DNA from: Tubiluchus corallicola
Lineage: Eukaryota; Animalia; Priapulida
Length of the DNA: 64,000 nt
Assembly (NCBI GenBank): GCA_030141605.1
Contig: JAQGDQ010000460.1
Span: 1 to 64,000, forward strand
Direction of reading: 5' to 3'
In this document: positions 1 through 15,463 of the stretch, one piece after another
Layout: each line of letters begins with the position of its first letter
Position numbering within the stretch: position 1 is the stretch's first letter
Made by a program: the position numbers and the translations under genes
Notes under the pieces: generated by a model
What the model was told of the DNA's origin: nothing
Seen by the model: the letters and a program-made list of their open reading frames with translations, nothing else
Database searches by the model: none

Positions 1-364
1 CCGATTCTACCTAATAGAAATATAATGTAAGTTCCCGTGGAGAATTCCATAGAAAAGAACCCCGGGGAAAAACTGAATTGATAAGCAGTTGATCTATATC
101 TAAGATGTCCAAGGTAAGTCTATAAGAAGCAGGGGAAAACGCGTACTACGACGAAACTAGTAACAAATAAACTACGTGGAAAGTGTGCTCGTTAATGATA
201 ATTGGAGGATGCAAAGTGTTTCACACTATGTTGTCGCACACTATACTGTCGGTGCCTTGCACCCTTTGGGGATGTACACCATGTTACTTCATGCACCACC
301 TAGTTTGGTGGTCAAGAAATGCATGTCAACACAAATTCCGGATAAAGCTAAAATGTGTTTAAGG

Positions 365-732
365 GTGGATGTAGCTTTACTAAAAGTGCGTTGTTTGTTT
401 ATGGAGGTTTAATAAAATCGTTTAGGTTGTGGATGCCGTTTTACTGAAATTTGCGTTTAATCTGTGGATGAAGCTTAACTAAATTGTGTTTGGTTTGTGG
501 ATGAAGCTTTACTGAAATTGTGATTAGTTTTTAGATGGAGGTTTATTAAAATTGTGCTGAGTTTGTGGATGGAGCTTTATTAAAATTTAGTTTAGTTTGT
601 GGATGATATTTACTAAATTATTTATTAGTTTTTAGATGGAGGTTTATTAAAATTACTTTAGTTTGCTGGTGGAGCTGTATTAAAATTGAGTATTGTTTGT
701 GGATGGAGCTTTATTAGAATTTTGCTTAGTTT
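365..732. repeat. Degenerate ~35-40-bp tandem repeat (gtggatggagctttactaaaattg...), about 10 copies
   Basis: Recurring ggatg(g/a)ag(c/g)ttta(c/t)t(a/g)aaatt motif. Confidence 0.7.
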
Positions 733-1420
733 ATGCACATATATTATCAATATATTTTAATAAAAAAGGCGACAGTCATAATCCAAGCGAGAAACAAAAC
801 CATATTGAAAATAATAGATATTTTATTACTAACTTGATTATTCATTCACCTTTTAATGCACATTTTATTGTATTCTAAAAGTGCCTTATTATATGCTGGA
901 TATACTTTTTTTTTAATTTTTCCATTTTAAATTAATTATTACGCAAAGTTTAATAACATGCGTCAGCAGCTGCCCAAGAACAGTATTATTCCAGTCAAAT
1001 TTCACCGGAGGCAATAAAACCTTGCTAAATTAACTGTAAATTGTGTTATTAAAATGTTCTCAAGCGGCATTAACTGTCAAGTGTTCCATAATGAGGGCTC
1101 ATAAATCATGTAAAACCTCGGGAACACATTTCAATTTTCACAGCTGCCCTTTCCCCGTGGAATAATCCTGCGGCATTCTATAAAATGTAGTAGATGCCAT
1201 CAGCGTGCTCGCTTTAATTAAAAAAATTGATTAATTAACTGAAAATAATTATTTAGTGTTTATAGACATTAGTGATTTGGCAGTATCCTTGTTTTTCTCA
1301 ATTGAATTAATGGTACGCTTTCTTTGTTAGTTGGAATCACAAGATCGCATGCGCGATTCTAGTAGAACACTTTTGTGCCGATATTGAATTCTAGTCTAGT
1401 TGTACACGTTACTTAAAATC

Positions 1421-2040
1421 TTAAAGGAAGACAAGATGAGTTTTCATATACTACCCCATTTTAAAATCCGAGAAAGCAAGCAATTTTACACAATTATAAT
1501 ACTGCAAAAGCGTTTCTAATAATTAAATAATAGATTAAAAACGCAATTAACGGTAGTCGAGCCCAGCTGTTGATTACATCACAAACTAACATAATTTTCA
1601 ACAGCAAAAATATTCCACTGGCGTGTTACACGTGTTTGTGAAAGCGAAAATTGAAGTACAGTGCTACTGTAAGACATTCAATGTGTTGTACTAAAACTAG
1701 GCAAGTTTCGTGATAAAAATTCAAATTTGCCGTTGTACTCACGCATGAGTCTTCGAACGTGTGCAGTTCCTCACTAACTAATTCATCTGAAGTGAGAGGT
1801 ACAGCACCTGTTTTTTGTGCAATGCATTTCGGAAATGCAGACGCTAGTGCTGTCTAACTAGCGAATGGCAAAATGCAAGTAACAGTGAAGAACTAGTGGC
1901 GTGAACGCGACATTGTGATTGTGTGATAATAATTCTTTCACGTAAGTCGTTCTTGAAAAAAACAGTATGTTTCCTTTCAATATTTTAAAGAGTAGATTGT
2001 TTCGACCTACAGTTTAAGATTGGATCGGGTTTTGCTTTAA
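1421..2040 (+). mobile_element. Non-autonomous DNA transposon family A (TTAA-flanked, AG...CT termini; Kolobok-like)
   Basis: TTAA|AGGAAGAC ... GTTTTGCT|TTAA. Near-identical copies at 56031-56643 (+) and 58191-58847 (-); partial copies at 3706-4217 and about 28560-29000. Confidence 0.8.
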
Positions 2041-2116
2041 GAAATGAAAAATTAAGCTTCTTATCACAATAGCTACATGCGAAAATGATCATTCGCCTTT
2101 GCAGTTTTGTACACTT

Positions 2117-3230
2117 GATTCAGACAAATCTGCATCTACTCTGTATTGCATCTAATTCAGTATCTCAGACTCGATTCAGACAAATCTGCATCTGCTCTGT
2201 ATGGCAGCTAATTCAGCATTTCAGACTCGATTCAGACAAATCTGCATCTGCTCTGTATGACATCTAATTCAGCATCTCAGACTTGATTCAGACAAATCTG
2301 CATCTGCTCTGTATGGCATCTAATTCAGCATCTCAGACTCGATTCAGACAAATCTGCATCTACTCTGTATGACATCTAATTCAGCATCTCAGACTCGATT
2401 CAGACAAATCTGCATCTGCTCTATATGGCATCTAATTCAGCATCTCAGACTTGATTCAGACAAATCTCCATTTGCTCTGTATGACATCTAATTCAGCATC
2501 TCAGACTTGATTCAGACAAATCTACATCTGCTCTGTATGGCATCTAATTCAGCATCTCAGATTTGATTCAGACAAATCTGCATCTACTCTGTATGACATC
2601 TAATTCAGCATCTCAGACTCGATTCAGACAAATCTGCATCTGCTCTATATGGCATCTAATTCAGCATCTCAGACTTGATTCAGACAAATCTCCATTTGCT
2701 CTGTATGACATCTAATTCAGCATCTCAGACTTGATTCAGACAAATCTACATCTGCTCTGTATGGCATCTAATTCAGCATCTCAGATTTGATTCAGACAAA
2801 TCTGCATCTACTCTGTATGACATCTAATTCAGCATCTCAGACTCGATTCAGACAAATCTGCATCTGCTCTATATGGCATCTAATTCAGCATCTCAGATTT
2901 GATTCAGACAAATCTGCATCTGCTCTGTATGACATCTAATTCAGTATCTCAGACTCGATTCAGACAAATCTCCATTTGCTCTGTATGACATCTAATTCAG
3001 CATCTCAGACTTGATTCAGACAAATCTACATCTGCTTTGTATGGCATCTAATTCAACATCTCAGACTTGATTCAGACAACTCTGCATCTACTTTGTATGG
3101 CATCTAATTCAGCATCTCAGACTCGATTCAGACAAATCTGCATCTGCTCTGTACGACATCTAATTCAGCATCTCAGACTTGATTCAGACAAATCTCCATC
3201 TGCTCTGTATGGCATCTAATTCGGTATCTC
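2117..3230. repeat. 56-bp minisatellite, about 20 copies, with a 4-unit (224-bp) higher-order repeat
   Basis: Unit gattcagacaaatctgcatctgctctgtatggcatctaattcagcatctcagactt. The variant order in 2341-2564 recurs at 2565-2788. Confidence 0.95.
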
Positions 3231-3705
3231 CTCACATCTTCTCTCAATCCCGTTTTCTCCCCATCTCTCATTTCCGCTCGCATTCTTTCTTATCAACGTT
3301 TTCTCTTTGATTCGGGCAAATGATATCACTTCAGAAATAAACACTTTTCAACTATGCCTAATTCTTGACTCAAAGGTGTAGCAACGTGGGGGCGACAGTG
3401 GCTCAAGGGTGGAGGGCGCAAAGTTCTTCAAGATCCGACATTAACAAAAGCTTTCAAACCACAACTAAATTGCCTAGTTAGAGATCATCGTAGCTGACTT
3501 AATTATTACGTACAGCCTAGAAAAAAGGCTAATATTGTTGCTTAAGTGACTCGTGTATCTCCTTTTCCGGCTGCTCTTTTTTCACCTTCACCGTTTCTCC
3601 TTTCCCACCCTGAAATAATGCTCAACTGATTTGACAACTTTTCCGCCTTTGTGTCAGACAAGTTGGATTGTGTTTATGTTGGCCATTGTCTCTGATAGTT
3701 TCTCT

Positions 3706-4217
3706 TTAAAGCAAAACCGGACCCAATCTTAAATTGTAGGTCAAAACAATCAACTCTTTAACATATTGAAAGGAAACATACTATTTTTTCAAGAAAGGCT
3801 TACATGAAAGAATTATTACCAGACCAACAAAATTTCGTGTTCGCGTTACTAGTTCTTCGCTGTTACATGCATTTCGCCATTCGCTAGTTAGACGGGCACT
3901 AGCGAGTGCATTTCGGAAACGCGTTGCACAAACAGCAGGTGCTGTATCTCTCAGTTCATATGTGTTCGTTTGTGAAGTACTACACATAATTCAACAGCTC
4001 ATGCGTGAGCTCAATGGTAAATTTGAAATTTTATCTTAAAACTTGCGTAGTTTTAGTACAACACACTGAATATCTTAGAGTGCCACTGTACTTCAATTTT
4101 AGCTTTGGCAAACACGTGCAACACGCTCGTGGAATATTTTTGCTGTTGAAAATTATGTTAGTTTGAAATAGTTTAAAGACTAGATTACAGTTTAAGATTG
4201 GGTCTGGTTTTGCTTAA
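3706..4217 (-). mobile_element. Family A derivative carrying the same (right) terminus at both ends
   Basis: Starts TTAAAGCAAAACCGGACCCAATCTTAAATTGTA and ends TACAGTTTAAGATTGGGTCTGGTTTTGCTTAA. The internal part is the reverse complement of about 1580-2040. Confidence 0.75.
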
Positions 4218-4245
4218 TATTTTTACGCTTTCTTTATCATTTCAG

Positions 4246-7944
<3,699 letters not shown>

Positions 7945-8014
7945 GGCTGAATTTTGATAAAACGAGTTCGCGGTTACATTAACATTTGTTTTCTAAAGTG
8001 GCCATCATGTGGAA

Positions 8015-8735
8015 TTAGACCATTATGCAGATGAAGCACGGATTGGCAGATGATTTTTAATATTGATAAATGCAAGATTATGCACTTTGGATACAACCCT
8101 GGTAAAGTGTAATGCTGATTACATGAATGAAGTAGAACTGGCATCTGTTGGACAAGAAAACGATTTGGGTGTGACAATAACTGATGACTTGAAATCAACA
8201 AACCAGTGTGCTGAGGTGGTGAGGAGTGCTAATCAAACATTAGGAATGATAAAGAGACAGTTTGTATCTAGGGACATCACGACAATCATGAAATTTTACA
8301 AAAGCTTAGTAAGACTTAAATTAGAGTATTGTGTAAAAACATGGAATCCATGCTAAAGACATTAAGCTTCTAGAGGTGCATGGTAGGATGATCAGCATGA
8401 TTGAAAGTATGGAGGAAATGTCACATCAAGAGAGGCGTAGGAAATGCTCACTTACGACCTTTGAGTTGAGGAGACGTAGAGGAGATTTGATACAAATGTA
8501 TAAAATTATGCATGAGTTAGGTGGCATTGAAAGAGAAAAAATGTTTAGACTGATAAGTGATGACAGAACCAGGAGGCATCCTCTCAACATTAAAAATATA
8601 GAGCTAAATTGGATTGTAGAAAATATTTTTTCATGGAAAGAGTGGCCAGAGAGTAGAATTTACTCCCGTCTGAAATTGCTAAAGCTTCTTCAGTGAACAA
8701 CTTCAAGAACAAGCTGGATAGATATTTAGATACGA
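8015..8735 (+). mobile_element. 5'-truncated, degenerate CR1-type LINE (RT C-terminus)
   Basis: Frameshifted translation WQMIF-NIDKCKIMHFG, ENDLGVTITDDLK, ANQTLGMIKR, YKSLVRLKLEYCVKTWNP, LRRRRGDLIQMYKIM, RTRRHP, SVNNFKNKLDRYL is the typical end of a CR1-group ORF2. Multiple stops and frameshifts. Confidence 0.88.
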
Positions 8736-8748
8736 GCTTCCTTGATTA

Positions 8749-9233
8749 TGTTCTTGTTGGCATCCTTCTGTCTCGGAAGACAATGCAGTGTGTGCCGAGA
8801 GAGTCAGTTATTAATCACATTGATGGAGCTGCAGCATCGACTGTGGCTGAGCAGTCCGGTCCTTGAACCACTGGAGTGGCCTCTCCAGGGCACACGCCTG
8901 AGCAAGGTGTATGGAGATCCTGACTTGCCCAGACAACAGGAACCTCCTCTCTTCCTCCCTGGTGTAGTCCAAAGGAAAGCGGAGCGATACGTTTGGCACC
9001 AGGTTGGCTGCAAGAGCTGCCGGAGTCAGTGAGCATGCTGCACTGGTCCGCCTTCGGGTTCCACTCCTGATTTGGGAAGGTTTACTCCTCTACACATGGC
9101 CATTGCGTCACTTGACCTCCTCCGCCCTCTAGCCATTGGCTGCTTGTGCAGCTCCTCTGCCTAGTGTCGAGATACAGTGTGGGCATCCTGCAAACCTACA
9201 GCACCTGGTATTCCTAGGCGGTCACCCATCCAC
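8749..9233 (-). mobile_element. 5'-truncated 5S-rRNA-derived SINE (SINE3) with RTE-LINE-like body and tail
   Basis: Perfect 13-bp direct repeat GCTTCCTTGATTA at 8736-8748 and 9234-9246. The minus strand starts TGGATGGGTGACCGCCTAGGAATACCAGGTGCTGTAGG (3' third of 5S rRNA) and ends ...GTCTTCCGAGACAGAAGGATGCCAACAAGAACA (RTE-like 3' end with a short AAC/AAG tail). GC-rich against an AT-rich background. Confidence 0.8.
9195..9232 (-). pseudogene. 5S rRNA 3' fragment (38 nt including box C) forming the SINE head; not a functional rRNA gene
   Basis: The reverse complement matches the conserved eukaryotic 5S 3' end (TGGATGGG.GACCGCCT.GGAATACC.GGTGCTGTAGG). Box A and the 5' two-thirds are absent. Confidence 0.85.
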
Positions 9234-9754
9234 GCTTCCTTGATTAATCTCTACCATATTATAGAGGTACGTCAACTCTACCGACCTCTACCGCTTATAT
9301 TTTAAAAGTAGCTGTATGGCATGGTATAGTATGGTATTTGTTTCACCATCTGTAACTCCTAGAAGGGTGGATCTGCACATGGGGAGGGATTCTTTTTAGT
9401 GATTCTCAGACATGTCACTACTGCGGAGTAGATGAGTAAATATACAAGGAAATTTAAACTGAACGAAAGCAAATCGTCTGCTCCCCGAGTCTGATTGCGA
9501 TTATAGGCACTTCATCAAGGGTTTCAAACGTTCTCGTACGCGAAGAATTCTTTGCCACATTCCGAAGTTGACCATTAAGCAGATTTAACGAAAAAGTTAC
9601 CTAACGATGATGTACAAATGATGTAATTTACTGATAACTGCTGCTACATTTTGAAGTTGACAGATGACAGTTGAAGTTTACAATTAAGCGGATGGGTAAC
9701 TTTTTACCAATGAGCAGGAAAACAATGTAATTTATTGTAAATTTTTGAGCTGAC

Positions 9755-10252
9755 TTAAAGAACAAGAAAAGGGGTACCTGAAGTAGTTTTCAGAAAAATC
9801 GTCTTAAAAATGATATTACTTAATAGGAATTTTGTGAGTATGTCGTACTCGCGTTGAAAGGAATTTTAGTTTGTTTTCATTTTAAATCCCCTGCAATACT
9901 GTTCCGAAGTCGCCATTACATGACGTCACCTACGCACAATGTAAGTTACGGGAACAAAAGGAAATGCTAAATTATGTCCCAAAAAACTTTCCATACAAGT
10001 TTACCTATCATTTCGTTTACCTGCTGGAAAGACTTATGTAACTAGAAATAATCATTTAAAATTTTACTTAGTTAGTGACACGTGTGCTACGAATGCTCTG
10101 ATTACTTTTTGAAACTTTGCTTAATGTTGTTTTATACAGCGTTACTGCCGATGCAAGTCCTGTATACATGCAAAAAGGCAGTATATAAGTGGTATAAAAT
10201 TTGAAGGCGATTTTTTCAAGGTTTATAAGTGGAGGGTTTTCTTGTGCTTTAA
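9755..10252 (+). mobile_element. Non-autonomous TTAA-flanked DNA transposon family J (Kolobok-like)
   Basis: TTAA|AGAACAAGAAAA ... TTTTCTTGTGCT|TTAA terminal inverted repeats. Inverted copy at 27186-27842. Confidence 0.78.
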
Positions 10253-11572
10253 GTTAAAAACTTACTGGCCACGAATGATTTAAAAAGTCTTGTCTTTCAT
10301 AACTACACAAGTAAACATGACATTGGCAGGATAGCACAGATTTCACACGTGCTAGGAAGTTATCACCAAGATATATTGCAGTTCAGCCTCAAGTAAATGT
10401 TATCGACTGACTGCTACTGGTGCTCTTAGATTAGCTGGAAAGTTTTTACTAAAAACTAAATGCTTCCATTTCACATGCATGACAAATATACAACACGAAG
10501 AATTTCATTGAAGTCATTGGTGTTGAGTCGTTTATTGATTATGGAACATAGTTCGATGAGTTCGCAAGCGATTAGTTTTGTATAACCCTGAAAGCATGAT
10601 CACGTTGAACTGTTGCCCTCGGTTCTTAATTGGACATGAGCAATCCCAAGATCATAACGGAACTAGCTGGAGCTTAGGCAACTGTGCCACACACGAAGTC
10701 TAAGGCAACTGTAAAGTGAGAAAAACAAATTATTTCGCATACATGACCTCAAAAGTATAATTCGTGTTTTTCAAAATCGGGGAAAATGATAGCCACAGTG
10801 TGCTTAAAATATTCATCCCACTCTCCCCGCAGGGAAAACGTCTATCCGTGCATTGTGAAGCAATTTCTTACGCATGATCCCAGCAAAAAACTCTTCCTTT
10901 CCGGGATCAATAAACTAGGCTTTAAGGCTTACCGGTGTTCAAGTCAGCACACGCGAGTTGAGTCCAGAGAAAATATGTGCCATTCGCCGTGGGATTAGGA
11001 GAGATTGTGACGGGCAACTGTGGTAAATATTGAAAAGGTTGAGCGCAGGAAGTGGTTTCAGAAGCAGTCATGAATATATAATGTACAATCTTGAGCAGAT
11101 GGAGTATTGCAGCAAGAACTGCCGATGTACAATCTTGAGCACATTGAGTATTGCAGCAAGAACTGCTACCGAGATCAAACTTGATCTGATAATCAATAAG
11201 ATATGTGACGCGTGTAATTTCAAATAAAATTACACTTAAATGTAACCACCAAAGAGTTAAACGTAAAAACAATTAACGGCCACAATCAGTTGTAGTAGTA
11301 AACCAATGTGACGATCATTCCAATGCAATTCAAAATTATGTAAAAGTCAAGACAAACGGATTACAAATTTACGAAGTTTGTATTATTTAGTTCACAAATA
11401 TATAATATTATTTTGTTTGTTACATAGTTCAGGGATAATGTGTAGTACACCTAAAGTAACTTAATGCTTATTTACAAACTGGTCCGGATTATTATTACCC
11501 CCATGACAGATAAACCCCCTTGCTTGGTCGAAAAACTAGCAGCACCTTTTTTCAAGTCTTTCATATCACTCA

Positions 11573-11630
11573 GCTGGGACTGAACCCACGACCTCCAAGG
11601 TGGGAAGCAATCATGCTATCACTGAGCTAT
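11573..11630 (-). mobile_element. tRNA-derived SINE head remnant
   Basis: Minus strand ATAGCTCAGTGATAGCA...GGTCGTGGGTTCAGTCCCAGC has degenerate A and B boxes. Confidence 0.5.
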
Positions 11631-12141
11631 ACTCGTGTTGTGGTAGATAAGTAAAGGTAAATTTTGTGAAAAACTGCAAAAAAAACACACCAAAATTGGC
11701 ATTTTTCACTTCCCGTTCCAATCATGACTTTTACTTTATGTAAAATAAATGATATAATTTTAGTTTTCCATTATCTTTACTATTCCATGATTAAAGAGTG
11801 GTTTCTGGACGATCTTTGGTTTTCACCACCCTGCCTATTTTTAACTACTACATCAGATGTAAGAACACTAAGTATTACTAGTATGTACTGATGTACTACT
11901 AGGCTAGAAAACAGTTGTACTTATGATTTATGCGAATCTTTTTTGAATTGTATGACACAAATAATAAAAAGTGAATATAGACTATTTATGAAATGGTGTA
12001 AATAATGTGTCCTAACTGCGGAATCCTACATACATCTATATCTACAAGTGTATTTTTGTTTACAGACGTACAATAGCATAAATAATATGTCATGTTGCCA
12101 ATTGTAATTTATTGATAGCACGTCTGCTAGTGTTGATAGAA

Positions 12142-12624
12142 CAGTCAACCTCGGATATAAGGGACACCTCGGGACCGGAAAAAAATCGTCCCTTATATCC
12201 AATATCCCTTATAGCTGAAGTTGAGTCAGACCGAGGGCGTATCTAGACCTGAACTTTTCTGTACTTTTACCCATATTTTTATGGATTATTGCTACACATT
12301 CAGTGCAAACGGTATGTAGGAAGCTTCCTTCAGTGATGTGAGATGTATGTGAATGCGGAAACCGAGTTGTTTGAAGGCTGAGTTTGCAAAAAATTGAAGT
12401 TAAAAATCGATCAATTTCGCTTTGATCATAGGGTCCCTTATATGCGAGGTAATTTACCTGGGTTTCTATTACGTGGGACCTGAATATATTGTCCCTTATA
12501 TCCGAGTACCTTATATACAAAGACTTTCATAGGAAAAACGTTACGAAAAATCGGGACCAGTGTTGGTGGTCCCTTATAAGCGAGTGTCCCTTACAAGTGA
12601 GTACCTTATACGTGCGGTTGACTG
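12142..12624 (+). mobile_element. Tc1/pogo-type MITE family D
   Basis: CAGTCAACCTCGGATATAAGG ... CCTTATA..GGTTGACTG|TA with ccttat subterminal repeats. Copies at 47811-48296, 49857-50343 (inverted) and 57475-57956. Confidence 0.85.
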
Positions 12625-13095
12625 TACGAAAATATGTGTAGCATATATTATTCCAAATATTGTAAACAATTCATTCACTATTCAGACTGTTTACAGTTAA
12701 AAACATCTTTCAATCAACAAATCATTGGTCTTATACTCTGTTAAATAAAGATATTTGTCAACAAATACAAGTGTTTTGTGTTTGCATTGAGAAATCATCC
12801 AGTTGTAGCCAGTCATCCAGTTTTGTTAGTTCGATAATATTTTCAGAGATGGCGACACCAGTCTGAACGGGGCTGGCAATATATCATATTCCAAAGAAAC
12901 GGGAAGTACTTTAAAAGGCTGGTCCATCTCTCCAACGACACGTCTAGATGAGCGAGACAAAGTTTTGACGATTTCTGTACTAACGGCGCATTGAGACTGG
13001 CGGCTTTTTCTGTCGCGAGTTTCCCGTCCGAACAGCAAACTCGCAAGTGTGGACTGCTTTGTGAGTTACTGTCAACAAAAAACTGGATATTCTCT

Positions 13096-14000
13096 GACAG
13101 TTGTTGCAAGTGGATTTACTGTCTAGTCTGAACACACTGACAAGTTCGTAGACAAGACAGTTGCTGTAAGTGAATTTACTGTCTAATCTGAGCACGCTGA
13201 CAAGTTACTAGACAAGACAGTTGTTGCAAGTGAATTTACTGTCTAGTCTGAACACACTGACAAGTTACTAGACAAGACAGTTGCTGTAAGTGAATTTACT
13301 GTCTAATCTGAACACGCTGACAAGTTACTAGACAAGACAGTTGTTGCAAGTGAATTTACTGTCTAGTCTGAACACACTGACAAGTTACTCGACAAGACAG
13401 TTGGTGCAAGTGAATTTACTGTCTAGTCTGAACACGCTGACAAGTTACTAGACAAGACAGTTGGTGCAAGTGAATTTACTGTCTAGTCTGAACACGCTGA
13501 CAAGTTACTAGACAAGACAGTTGGTGCAAGTCAATTTACTGTCTAGTCTGAACACGCTGAAAAGTTACTAGACAAGACAGTTGGTGCAAGTGACTTTACT
13601 GTCTAGTCTGAACACGCTGACAAGTTACTAGACAAGACAGTTGGTACAAGTGAATTCACTGTCTTGTCTGAACACGCTGACAAGTTACTAGACAAGACAG
13701 TTGGTGCAAGTGAATTCACTGTCTAGTCTGAACATGCTGACAAGTTACTAGACAAGAAAGTTGGTGCAAGTGACTTTACTGTCTAGTCTGAACACGCTGA
13801 CAAGTTACTAGACAAGACAGTTGGTGCAAGTCAATTTACTGTCTAGTCTGAACACGCTGAAAAGTTACTAGACAAGACAGTTGGTGCAAGTGACTTTACT
13901 GTCTAGTCTAAACACGCTGACAAGTTACTAGACAAGACAGTTGGTGCAAGTGAATTCAGTGTCTAGTCTGAACACGCTGACAAGTTACTAGACAAGAAAG
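13096..14000. repeat. 60-bp minisatellite, about 15 copies
   Basis: Unit gacagttggtgcaagtgaatttactgtctagtctgaacacgctgacaagttactagacaa; stops in all six frames. Variants at 13501-13620 recur at 13801-13920. Confidence 0.95.
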
Positions 14001-14415
14001 TTCGCTAGTCTGTACATGCTGTAATATCGAATTCGCAAAAGCTACAACACACAAAGCACAATACACTAATTAAGTGTAAGATGCTCAACCCTTCCTGGTG
14101 AAAGTATCACATTCTGTAGGCGTTAAACATTAATGTGTGAAACAACTTAATGATGTAACAATTGAATTAATTATCATTAGACAACAAGAAGATAAAAATC
14201 AATCACACTGATAATATGTATCACGGGTAATTTATTTTATTAAGTTTTCGTTGTATGGAAAACAAACACTCAACAAAGATTTTCACAGAACCTACCATTC
14301 TAAAAGCAAAGATTAATTTCTTTAATTAAATTTACGCTGAGAAACAGCAGCATTGGAATAATTACAGAAATAAAAAACAGTATTAAACACACAGTAAATG
14401 TACAGGATGATGACA

Positions 14416-15219
14416 CAGTCAAACCTCGTTATAACGCCAACTTTTGCCCTGTCCAGATTTCCATAATATGTTAAATATAGGCAATACCATCAACCTCACC
14501 TACTGCCATCCGTCAACATATCTGCTTTGCCAAAAGTCTATTGTACATAACAAATTTACACTGTTATAATGCCAGCCAAGATAAAGTACAATGAATTGGT
14601 TCTGAAAAACAGCCATAACATTGTAAAAACAAGGACTTCTGAATAGAAAAACAATTATGATGTTTAAATTAAGATTTAGGTTTCGTAGCAAGTGACTGTA
14701 TGAAAGTGTTTTGAGTAAGGAATATCCATTTTAAGAATACAAGAGTTACGTAACTAAGCTTCAGTACTGAATTGATGTGAATTTAACATCTGTAAAAGCT
14801 GCTTGACTCAAGGTCAAGTTATAAGCTCCAGCTATTTATATTCTTAATTATGCAGTAATGTGGCGTTGGGACCGGGTGTGGGTCGCCTGGCTGCATATTT
14901 CTCTTATCAGGAGGCAGCAGTATTTCACAAGATTGCTACTCCATGTTGTGTTACCTAAAAGCTTTGCAACGCACCGCCATAGAAATACACCTGCATTAAT
15001 CTTGTTAATGCAACAAAAATGTATAATGTAACGTATGTATTGTTGTAGGTATATTAATATCATACTATTTATGACATATTAAAATTAAATAGGAAACAAA
15101 AAAAGAGGTTATAGACTAGAATGGCTTTGATATTTAATGAACCTCGCCTTGCCGACAAGCCCGGTATAGCGCCATATTTAGTGGTGTCCCAGACCTGGTG
15201 TTATAACCAGGTTTGACTG
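14416..15219. mobile_element. Tc1/pogo-type MITE
   Basis: TIRs CAGTCAAACCTCGTTATAAC ... GTTATAACCAGGTTTGACTG|TA. Confidence 0.7.
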
Positions 15220-15463
15220 TACATTCAGACAATGGTGATATCTACCCATTAAAACTACATTGTACTTTTCAGTAACAAACTGAAAATACCTTACGTTACC
15301 TACTTTTTCCACATTAACTAAAAATACTCTTGTTGTAACTTTCGAAGAAATGAACTGAACTTCCTCTGAGCTGCTTCGTTAACGATGCTAATTACTCTGC
15401 ACAAGTAATCATGTTTTTCTTATCTTGTACAACATTTGCGTGAATACGTTTCAGCACAATTAC

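Noticed and set aside
1283-1291. GTATCCTT as a U12-type 5' splice site
   Set aside because: No plausible UNC93 coding exon precedes it and no U12 branch site was seen before the next acceptor.
8742-9036. Four overlapping short ORFs in the GC-rich island
   Set aside because: All lie within the SINE body; stop-poor GC-rich sequence explains them.
9195-9232. Functional 5S rRNA gene
   Set aside because: Only the last 38 nt are present, box A is missing, and it lies inside a TSD-flanked insertion.
12848-12994. Possible plus-strand alternative terminal exon (DGDTSLNG...VLTAH*)
   Set aside because: The phase does not fit the UNC93 exon unless a rare GAG acceptor is used, and there is no recognisable homology.
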